From Thermoplasmata archaeon (GTDB lineage Archaea > Thermoplasmatota > SW-10-69-26 > JACQPN01 > JAJPHT01): a stretch of 19,701 nucleotides of DNA. Shown here piece after piece: positions 8,984 through 15,951 of this stretch; position 1 is the first letter of the stretch; the number at the start of each line of letters is the position of its first letter. A program made the translations under genes and the position numbers. Below the pieces are notes generated by a model. That model was not told the origin of the DNA, did not search any database, and saw only the letters and a list, made by a program, of their open reading frames with translations. The DNA is taken from positions 1 to 19,701 of the forward strand of contig JAXDQU010000084.1 of NCBI GenBank assembly GCA_034667685.1, in the 5' to 3' direction.

Positions 8984-9958
8984 ATGCGCGCACAAGGTCT
9001 GCTCGTTCCCTTCGGCATCGCGATCGTGCTCCTCGTGCCCGTGTCGGGCTTCGCCGCCACGGTCCCGCCGCTCCCGAACTGCGACTCGACGAATGTCAAC
9101 TACCAGCCCACGCAGACGACCCACGTCTTCGTGGTCGCTGGCGACTTCGGCGCGACGATCAACTCCCAGTTCGGCGGCGTCGGCGGCGCCACCAACGCGT
9201 TCGACACGTCGGGCTGCGCGACGGGCGACGGCGACAACGAGACGGGCCAGGGCGCCGCCCAGTTCCCTGAGGTCAGCCAAGGCGCTTGCGACCCCGCGCC
9301 GCCCGTCTCGGGCCACCACAACGGCGGCGTCGGCGCGACCGCGACGGTGCAGACCAACACGGCGAACCTGCCGATGGACTTCACCTTCGGCACGGATGGC
9401 CAGGACCCGGCCGCCTGGCTCGCGGCCCAGACCTGCACGGGCAACGGCATCGTCTCGGACAGCTACGACACGGACCCCTTCGATTGCGGCCAAGGAGTTG
9501 TGGGCCACTTCCCCGGCACGAGCGCGACGCTCGCGGCCAACCCGAACCCCCACGACAACAGCGTGACTGACCCTGACCCGTGGGCGACCTTCTTCGGCGC
9601 GGTCGCGCAGAACACGGCGCGCGCCGACCCCAACGGCGTCCAGTGCTTCGGCGTGCTTGACGGCAGCGCGTGGGCGTTCACCATCTTCGGACCCAGCGTC
9701 GGGGGCGTGCCCCCCCTGTCCGACCGCCTCCCGGACGTCTGGGATCCGCGACCCGCCTCGGACCATCCCGTCACCGACTCCTCGGGCTGTCCGAAGCCCG
9801 TCGGCAACGGCTCCTCGGTCGGCGGCGGCGTCGAGGGCACGGGCTGGCTCACAGGACCCTTCGACGGCAACCACGAGTGCGGCATCGGCTCGCTCCCGGG
9901 CGACCCCCCGACCGTGGGCGTGAGCACGCCCATCCAAGGCACCATCACGGCGCCCTGA
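8984..9958 (+). CDS. Secreted Cys/Gly/Asp/Thr-rich protein, paralog 1 of 3 (unknown family)
   Basis: Signal peptide then TVPPLPNC; 8 conserved Cys; ends GTITAP; extensive identity to the next two ORFs. Confidence 0.85.
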   Translation: MRAQGLLVPFGIAIVLLVPVSGFAATVPPLPNCDSTNVNYQPTQTTHVFVVAGDFGATINSQFGGVGGATNAFDTSGCATGDGDNETGQGAAQFPEVSQGACDPAPPVSGHHNGGVGATATVQTNTANLPMDFTFGTDGQDPAAWLAAQTCTGNGIVSDSYDTDPFDCGQGVVGHFPGTSATLAANPNPHDNSVTDPDPWATFFGAVAQNTARADPNGVQCFGVLDGSAWAFTIFGPSVGGVPPLSDRLPDVWDPRPASDHPVTDSSGCPKPVGNGSSVGGGVEGTGWLTGPFDGNHECGIGSLPGDPPTVGVSTPIQGTITAP

Positions 9959-10004
9959 GCAACGACGGGTCGCGGCGGATCGTAACACGCCTCGGGATTT
10001 CCTC

Positions 10005-10018
10005 GCAATCCTCCACAA
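10005..10018 (+). promoter_or_regulatory. Partial copy of the conserved upstream motif (paralog 2)
   Basis: gcaatcctccacaa is shared with the 8912 and 11022 motifs but lacks the TGGAG arm. Confidence 0.5.
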
Positions 10019-10049
10019 GGGCCGAACCGGGGCGTTACGATACCAGGGT

Positions 10050-10991
10050 GTGAAATCACCCATCCTCGTCGCGCTGCTCCTGCTCGCCAGCCTCGTGCTT
10101 GCGGTGGCGATGGCGGTCACGATTCCCCCGCTGCCGAACTGTAGCTGGAATCCCCCTCCTTCCCGCTACCTGCCCGCCCAGACGACCCACGAGTTCTTCT
10201 TCGCTTCCAGCTTCGGCGCGACGATCGACTCCCAGTTCTACGGTTTGTGGACGAAGCCGATGGTCTTCGACACGAGCGGCTGCGCGACCGGCGACGGCGA
10301 CAACGATGCAGGCGTCGGCGGCGCTCAGTTCCCTGAGACCAGCCAGGGCGCCTGCGACCCCGCGGCTCCCGTCGTGGGCCACCACAACGGTGGCGTCGGC
10401 GCGACCGCGACGATCCAGACGAACACGGCGAACCTGCCCGTGGACTTCACTTTCGGCACGGACGGCCAGGACCCTGCGAAGTGGTTCGCGGGTCAGACCT
10501 GCACGGGCAACGACATCATCAGCGACAGCTATGACACGGATCCCTTCGACTGCGGTCAGGGCGTGACGGGCCACTTCCCGGGCACGAGCGCGACGCTCGC
10601 GGCCAACGTGAACCCCCACGACGGCAGCACGACTGACCCCGACCCGTGGGCAGCGTCCTTTGGCGCGATCGCGCAGAACACCGCCCGCACTGACCCCAAC
10701 AACGTCATGTGCTTCGGCGTCAACGACGGCAGCGCTTGGGCATCCACCATCTTCGGCCCCAGCGTCTCGGGTCTCCCCGGCCTGACCGGCGGTCCCCTCC
10801 TCGACCTGACCGGCTGCCCCGTCATCGGTGACAGCTCGTCGGTTGGCGGCGGCCTCGCGGGCACCGGCCTGCTGACCGGCCCCCTCGCGGGCAACAACCA
10901 GTGCGGCATCGGCTCCATTCCGGGTATCGATCCTGGCAGCCCCAGCCTGGGCTGGAGCACCCCGCTCGACGGTACCATCACGGCCCCCTGA
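10050..10991 (+). CDS. Secreted Cys/Gly/Asp/Thr-rich protein, paralog 2 of 3
   Basis: GTG start, signal peptide, TIPPLPNC, 8 Cys, GTITAP end. Confidence 0.85.
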   Translation: MKSPILVALLLLASLVLAVAMAVTIPPLPNCSWNPPPSRYLPAQTTHEFFFASSFGATIDSQFYGLWTKPMVFDTSGCATGDGDNDAGVGGAQFPETSQGACDPAAPVVGHHNGGVGATATIQTNTANLPVDFTFGTDGQDPAKWFAGQTCTGNDIISDSYDTDPFDCGQGVTGHFPGTSATLAANVNPHDGSTTDPDPWAASFGAIAQNTARTDPNNVMCFGVNDGSAWASTIFGPSVSGLPGLTGGPLLDLTGCPVIGDSSSVGGGLAGTGLLTGPLAGNNQCGIGSIPGIDPGSPSLGWSTPLDGTITAP

Positions 10992-11021
10992 TCTGCAGCG
11001 AGCGTGGACGCGTCGCAGGCC

Positions 11022-11060
11022 CGCTGGATGGTTGTTAGCAATCCTCCACAACGCTGGAGA
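11022..11060 (+). promoter_or_regulatory. Conserved upstream motif of secreted paralog 3
   Basis: cgctggatggttgttagcaatcctccacaacgctggaga; the last 24 bp are identical to 8927-8950. Confidence 0.65.
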
Positions 11061-11094
11061 ACGCGTCCCGCCGTGGCGGGGGCGAGGCTTGGTC

Positions 11095-12030
11095 ATGCGC
11101 ATGTCCCCCTTGCTCGGTCCGCTCGGCGTCGCCCTCTTCCTGCTCTTGTCCATCGTCGCCACGGCGGCCACCGTCCCCCCGCTCCCGAACTGCGACTCGT
11201 CGAACCCCAACTACGTCCCCGCGCAGACGACGCACGCCTTCGTCATCGCCGGCAACTTCGGCGCGACAATCGACTCCCAGTTCGGCGGCGTCGGCGTGGC
11301 GAACGTGTTCGACACGTCCGGCTGCGCGACGGGCGATGGCGACAACGAAACGGGCCAGGGCGGCGCTCAGTTCCCCGAGACCAGCCAGGGCGCTTGTGAC
11401 CCGGCGGCCCCCACTGTGGGCCACCACAATGGCGGCACCGGTGCCACCGCGACGGTCCAGACGAACACGGCGAACCTGCCCATGGACTTCACCTTCGGCA
11501 CCGATGGGCAAGACCCCGTCGCGTGGACGGGTGGTCAACCTTGCACGGGCAACACGATCATCAGCGACAGCTATGACACGGACCCCTTCGACTGCGGTCA
11601 GGGCGTGACAGGCCACTTCCCGGGCGTCAGCGCGACCCTCGCGCCCAACCCGAACCCGCACGATGGCAGCACGACTGACCCCGACCCGTGGGCGACGTCC
11701 TTCGGCGCGGTCGCGCAAGGCACGTCCCGCACGGACCCCAACGGCGTCCAGTGCTTCGGTGTTCTCGACGGCAGCGCTTGGGCGTTCTTCGTGTTCGGCC
11801 CCAGCGGCTCGGACCTGCCCATCGTGGGCGACGTCCCCATCACCGACTTCTCGGGCTGCCCCATCATCGGCACCGGCTCCTCGGAGGGCGATGGCCTCGC
11901 GGGCACGGGCCTGCTGACCGGCCCCCTCCCGGGCGACAACCAGTGCGGCATCGGCTCGCTCAACATCGATCCTGGCAGTCCGAGCGTGGGCACGAGCACA
12001 CCCGTTCAGGGCACCATCACGGCGCCCTGA
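11095..12030 (+). CDS. Secreted Cys/Gly/Asp/Thr-rich protein, paralog 3 of 3
   Basis: Start at MRMSPLL (11095, alternative 11101), signal peptide, TVPPLPNC, 8 Cys, GTITAP end. Confidence 0.85.
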   Translation: MRMSPLLGPLGVALFLLLSIVATAATVPPLPNCDSSNPNYVPAQTTHAFVIAGNFGATIDSQFGGVGVANVFDTSGCATGDGDNETGQGGAQFPETSQGACDPAAPTVGHHNGGTGATATVQTNTANLPMDFTFGTDGQDPVAWTGGQPCTGNTIISDSYDTDPFDCGQGVTGHFPGVSATLAPNPNPHDGSTTDPDPWATSFGAVAQGTSRTDPNGVQCFGVLDGSAWAFFVFGPSGSDLPIVGDVPITDFSGCPIIGTGSSEGDGLAGTGLLTGPLPGDNQCGIGSLNIDPGSPSVGTSTPVQGTITAP

Positions 12031-12041
12031 ATCGGAGCGCC

Positions 12042-12809
12042 CTAGATCAGCTCGCGCGCCCGCGCCGTGAACGCGACGTCCGTGGGGCGGCGCGGCGAGC
12101 GCATGGGCGCGGTGCCGGTGGCGGCGAGGATGCCAAGGCCGGCGGCGAAGGCCAGCGCGCGCTCCGCCATGTCCCACCACCAGAGGTCGCCCACGAGCCA
12201 GCCGACGAGGTCGGGGGCGAAGAAGAGGAGCAGCGCGGCGGAGGTGAGGACGACGCGGCGGCGCGCGGCGCGGCCCGGCGTGACGCGGAGGAGCGAGGCG
12301 TAGGCAACCGTGGCGACGAGGGGCGGGCCGAAGAGCAGGAGGAGCAGCGCGTCCCACACCGGCGCGGGCTGTGGGCGCAGGTAGTCGAGGCCGAGGGAGG
12401 AGAAGCCGACGTGGACGCCGAAGGGGGCGCGCCACGCGTAGTACGCCTCCAGCGCGAGGAAGAGCGCGAGGTAGGCGCCCGCGACGGGGAGGCGGAGGCG
12501 GCGCGAGCCCGAGAAGATCACCAGGAGGTAGACGACGAGCCCCGCGAAGCTGGCGCACACGGACGCGAGCTTGACCTGGAGGATGGCGAGCGCGAAGGGG
12601 AGCTCGTCGAAGCGCGAGGTCCACGCGAGGCCCCAGAGCGCGTCCGCCCCGACGTAGCCCGCGGCGCCCAGCCAGAAGACGGCGAACGCGCGCAGCGGGG
12701 GTGAGCCGGTGGCGATCGCGCGGCGCCACGTGCGCACGCCGCCCCACGCGAGGAGCGCGGCGCACGCCAGCCCGAGGATCGAGCCCGCAAGCAGGTGGGA
12801 CGCCGCCAT
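12042..12809 (-). CDS. Polytopic membrane protein (about 7 TM), possibly a stand-alone sensor-like domain
   Basis: Seven hydrophobic segments across 255 aa; no recognisable catalytic domain. Confidence 0.7.
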   Translation of the reverse strand: MAASHLLAGSILGLACAALLAWGGVRTWRRAIATGSPPLRAFAVFWLGAAGYVGADALWGLAWTSRFDELPFALAILQVKLASVCASFAGLVVYLLVIFSGSRRLRLPVAGAYLALFLALEAYYAWRAPFGVHVGFSSLGLDYLRPQPAPVWDALLLLLFGPPLVATVAYASLLRVTPGRAARRRVVLTSAALLLFFAPDLVGWLVGDLWWWDMAERALAFAAGLGILAATGTAPMRSPRRPTDVAFTARARELI

Positions 12810-12882
12810 CCTTCGGGGCCTCTCCGCGCGCCTCTATTTGAGGCTGGCCCATCGCCGCGACGTCACCGACCCGTGGGCGGGC

Positions 12883-13605
12883 TCACGCCGGCGCGCCCTG
12901 CGTAAGGCACGACTGGTGCGCGTAGGGCGTCTTGTCGCGGGGCTGCGCGACGACCTTGTCGTCCGCCTTGCCGCAGACGGCGCACTCGCGCACGAGGATC
13001 GCGCTGATGCTGCCGAACGCCTCGACGACCTGCTTCGGAACGGGGTAACGCCGCACGCCGAAGGTGCGCGTGGCGGGGTCGAAGGCGAGGCCGAGGCTGC
13101 GGTCGTAGAAGTGCGGCCCGATGCGCCAGACGTACTCGGGCACCTCCTGCGAGAGGCGCCGGACGTAGCCCTCGACGAAGGGCGTGAGGTCGAAGTTGGC
13201 GACGGCCTCGCGGAAGTCGGACGACGCGAAGAAGACGACGCCGGGATCGCGCTTGCGCAGATGGAGCGGGTCGCTGTTGAAGAGGTCCTCGTGGCGCGCC
13301 ACGTCGAGCTGCAGGCGGTCGCGCGGGAGGAAGCCGCCGCGCGAGGCGCCCGCGAGCGCCACGGCCTCCGCGCTGTAGTATTGCGGCGCCTCCCCCTTGC
13401 GGTTCGTCTCGCCCACCCAGCGCTTCAGGCGCTCCCACGAGTCCTTGGCCTGCGCGAGGATGCGCGACTCCTGGCGCTGGTCGATGGCGAGGCCGCGCGC
13501 CTTGTTGCGCGTCTCCTCGTCGGGGCTCAGCGCGAGCGGACTGAACGCGCCGTAGGCGACCGTGGGCGGGATGGGCACGACGCGGCGAGACGCGGCTCCC
13601 GGCAT
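12883..13605 (-). CDS. Hypothetical protein with C-terminal putative Zn finger (CAVC...HQSC)
   Basis: C-terminal 240 aa of the 12883..14094 ORF has normal protein composition; start at MPGAASRR is inferred. Confidence 0.7.
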   Translation of the reverse strand: MPGAASRRVVPIPPTVAYGAFSPLALSPDEETRNKARGLAIDQRQESRILAQAKDSWERLKRWVGETNRKGEAPQYYSAEAVALAGASRGGFLPRDRLQLDVARHEDLFNSDPLHLRKRDPGVVFFASSDFREAVANFDLTPFVEGYVRRLSQEVPEYVWRIGPHFYDRSLGLAFDPATRTFGVRRYPVPKQVVEAFGSISAILVRECAVCGKADDKVVAQPRDKTPYAHQSCLTQGAPA

Positions 13606-13643
13606 GGGGTTTTCGCTACGCTCGGCGCCATGTGGGGCGAAGC

Positions 13644-14522
13644 TCACCCGCCGATGCCCAGCCCGGCGACCGTCACCTTCAGCTCGTCGCTCCAGAAGAG
13701 CGCCTGGCTGGTGGCGAGGTCGCCGTAGAGGACGACGCCGCGCAGGTAGTACGTGCCCGCGGTCGGGAACGTGCACGAGATCGTGTAGTTGTGCGGCACG
13801 GCGCCGGAGGTCTGCGTGCAGCCGTTCGGGTAGGCCGCGAAGCTGGGCGCCGCGGTGCTGTTGCCCCCGAACGTCGCGTTGACGAAGGCGGCGCTGCCCG
13901 CATCGCCCGCCACCGCGATGGTGAACTGCACGGGCTGCCCCGCGAGCGGGAGGCCGGTGCCCTGCGTGACGGTCACGGTCGCGTTGGCCACCCGGATCTG
14001 CTGCTGAGGGCCCCAGTAGTTGTGCGTGACGTTGTTCTCCGTGACGCGCGCGTGGCCGTAGAGGTAGATGGTGCCGGGCGCCGAGACGTTGCACGCGACG
14101 ACGAAGTCGCCGGGCAGGCTCCCGGGCGTGTGCGCGCAGGCGGTCATCGTCGCGGCGTCGGGGGCGGCCTGCGGCGAGGTCGCGTAGTGCGCGCCGATGT
14201 GGTCGCTGCTGAACTGCACCGCGCCCGCGACGTGCACCGTCACGTTGAACGGCTTGCCCACCGCGACCATGCTGGGCGCGCCGGGCGTCGTCACCGTGAA
14301 GGAGCTCTCGTCGAGGATGGTGGGCGTGCCCGGCGTCGTCGTGACGGGCGTGGTGCTCGCGGGCGTCGAGCTCGCCGGCGTCGTGCTCGCGGGCGTGGAC
14401 GTCTCCGGCGTGCTCGAGGCGGGCGTGCTGGAGGCGGGCGTCGAGGACGTGGTGGTGTTGCCGCCGGTGCAGCCCGCGAGGGCGAGCACCAGCACGAGCG
14501 TGGCGAGGAGGAGCGGTCGCAT
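13644..14522 (-). CDS. Lipoprotein with Ser/Thr/Pro-rich linker and two beta-rich (Ig-like) domains
   Basis: MRPLLLATLVLVLALAGC lipobox; (S/T)TPAS repeats; two similar domains ending PGTIYLYGHA and AGTYYLRGVV; TTAATG about 25 bp upstream of ATG 14522. Confidence 0.8.
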   Translation of the reverse strand: MRPLLLATLVLVLALAGCTGGNTTTSSTPASSTPASSTPETSTPASTTPASSTPASTTPVTTTPGTPTILDESSFTVTTPGAPSMVAVGKPFNVTVHVAGAVQFSSDHIGAHYATSPQAAPDAATMTACAHTPGSLPGDFVVACNVSAPGTIYLYGHARVTENNVTHNYWGPQQQIRVANATVTVTQGTGLPLAGQPVQFTIAVAGDAGSAAFVNATFGGNSTAAPSFAAYPNGCTQTSGAVPHNYTISCTFPTAGTYYLRGVVLYGDLATSQALFWSDELKVTVAGLGIGG

Positions 14523-14573
14523 CGAGGCGCGCGACTGCGCGGGCAACATTAACCCCTTCGACTTGCGCTGGCG

Positions 14574-15422
14574 CTATTGCCGCCCGACGACCATGATGAC
14601 GCGGCCGCCCTTGAACACGCGGATGGTGCCCGAGGACGACACGACGATGGCGAGCGCCTTGGAGGAGCGCGTGATGCTGGCCGCGGCGATGTGGCGCCCG
14701 CCCAGGCCCGATTGCACCTCGACCGCGCCCTCCGTGTCCACGTAGCGGCCCGCCGCCACGACGCAGCCATCGCCGCGCACGATGAACGCGCCGTCGATCT
14801 GGGCGAACTCCTTGGCCGTCTCCCAGAGGCCCTCGTCGAGGATGTTGCGGTCCTTCTCGGGGTGCCCCTCGAACGGGTTGAGCACGGCGGGGCGCGAGTG
14901 ACGCATGACCGAGTCCGTGTCGCCCACCACGAAGAGCGTGCCCACGGGCTTGCCCTCGCGGCCCTCGCGCGCCAGCTCCACCGCGAGCTTCAGGAGCCGC
15001 TCCACGACGCGCAGGTCCACGCCGTCCTCCAGCTCCTCCTGGAGGTGGACGATCTCGACGTCGCGCTGCACGTCGTAGTGCATCACCATGTCCACGGCGT
15101 CGCCCGCGGCCACCATGACGATGACGGAGTCGTGCGCGGTCAGCTCGCCCGCGAAGAAGGCGCCCAGCAGCACCTCCTTGACCTGCGGGAGGACGTTGAC
15201 GCTGCCCGAGATCGGCTGCGCGAGCTTGAGCGCGTGGCGCATCTTGGGCGCGTAGGTCTCGATCAGCTCCCCGTTGCCCGAGGCGAGGATGACGGGCAGG
15301 CGCATGGCCTCCAGCGTGGCGCGCACGACGTCCGCGCGGTCCGTCACGAGCACGACGAGCGTCGCCTCGAAGCGCTCGCTCAGGCGCTTGGCGGTCTCAA
15401 GGAGCACGCGCGACTTGTCCAC
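14574..15422 (-). CDS. dacZ: Diadenylate cyclase (DisA_N/DAC domain), archaeal DacZ type
   Basis: ELAREGREGKPVGTLFVVGD, EFAQIDGAF (DGA motif) and GLGGRHIAAA (RH motif), with an N-terminal regulatory domain; GTG start. Confidence 0.85.
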   Translation of the reverse strand: MDKSRVLLETAKRLSERFEATLVVLVTDRADVVRATLEAMRLPVILASGNGELIETYAPKMRHALKLAQPISGSVNVLPQVKEVLLGAFFAGELTAHDSVIVMVAAGDAVDMVMHYDVQRDVEIVHLQEELEDGVDLRVVERLLKLAVELAREGREGKPVGTLFVVGDTDSVMRHSRPAVLNPFEGHPEKDRNILDEGLWETAKEFAQIDGAFIVRGDGCVVAAGRYVDTEGAVEVQSGLGGRHIAAASITRSSKALAIVVSSSGTIRVFKGGRVIMVVGRQ

Positions 15423-15472
15423 TGCGTGGCGGAAGGCGCGGACCAGACTTCATGCTTGCGTCGCAGACGTCC

Positions 15473-15528
15473 GGGCTCCGGACTCCGGGCTCAAGGCTCC
15501 GGAGCCCAGAGTCCTGAGTCCGGAGCCC
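15473..15528. repeat. Palindrome built from heptamer repeats (CCGGGCT/CCGGACT-like)
   Basis: gggctccggactccgggctcaaggctcc | ggagcccagagtcctgagtccggagccc: 28-bp arms with 4 mismatches. Confidence 0.85.
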
Positions 15529-15549
15529 CGAGCCCCCGTGAGCGGTCGA

Positions 15550-15696
15550 TCAGCAGTATTTCCGAGGATCCGCGATCATGCCCTCGATGGCGCTCGCGGC
15601 GACGGTGGCGGGGCTCCCGAGATAGACCTCGGCCTGGCTCGATCCCATCCGCCCCTTGAAGTTGCGGTTGCTCGACGAGATGCACCGCTCGCCGGG
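15550..15696 (-). pseudogene. Displaced second copy of the leuC 3' end ([48 protein letters not shown])
   Basis: 46 codons encode exactly the same residues as the leuC C-terminus at a 250-bp offset; 20 of them are synonymously different. Confidence 0.85.
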
Positions 15697-15951
15697 CGCG
15701 ACACGGCCGAATCCGCCCGTGGGCGGAAACGCTCGCTTCGCTCGCTTTCGGCCTGTCGCGGCGGGAGAACGCTCGCCCGTCATCGGATGGTGGGCATCAA
15801 CTCACGTATTTTCTGGGGTCCGCGATCATGCCCTCGATGGCGCTCGCGGCGACGGTGGCGGGCGAGCCGAGGTAGACTTCAGCTTGGCTCGACCCCATAC
15901 GGCCTTTGAAGTTCCGATTCGATGACGAGATGCAGCGTTCTCCCGCCGCGA
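15697..15951 (-). mobile_element. 250-bp structured insert that supplies a recoded leuC 3' end
   Basis: 5-bp core TCGCG at both ends (15697-15701, 15947-15951); internal antisense to the recoded gene segment; GCGAGCGAAGCGAGC at 15731-15745 (- strand); hairpin at 15712-15727. Mobility is inferred. Confidence 0.65.

Noticed and set aside
6182-10120. 1312-aa minus-strand ORF (and other long antisense ORFs such as 3913-6462, 333-1694, 11035-12852)
   Set aside because: Shadow frames of real GC3-rich genes on the opposite strand; Arg/Ala-rich with no motifs.
14335-14460. 15-bp repeats in the lipoprotein gene
   Set aside because: Ordinary Ser/Thr/Pro linker coding repeats common in archaeal surface lipoproteins.
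8903-15550. One large genomic island bounded by the aCPSF1 and leuC duplications
   Set aside because: Each duplication is self-contained (101 and 250 bp), the two are unrelated in sequence, there is no integrase, and the interval contains ordinary genes such as dacZ.
15550-15783. 77-aa ORF as an independent gene
   Set aside because: It is hairpin-derived sequence fused in frame to the displaced leuC end; no evidence of its own promoter or function, although translation cannot be excluded.
15550-15951. DGR template/variable repeat pair at the leuC 3' end
   Set aside because: Differences are all synonymous and not restricted to adenines (C/G, T/C and TCG/AGC changes), and there is no reverse transcriptase in the window.
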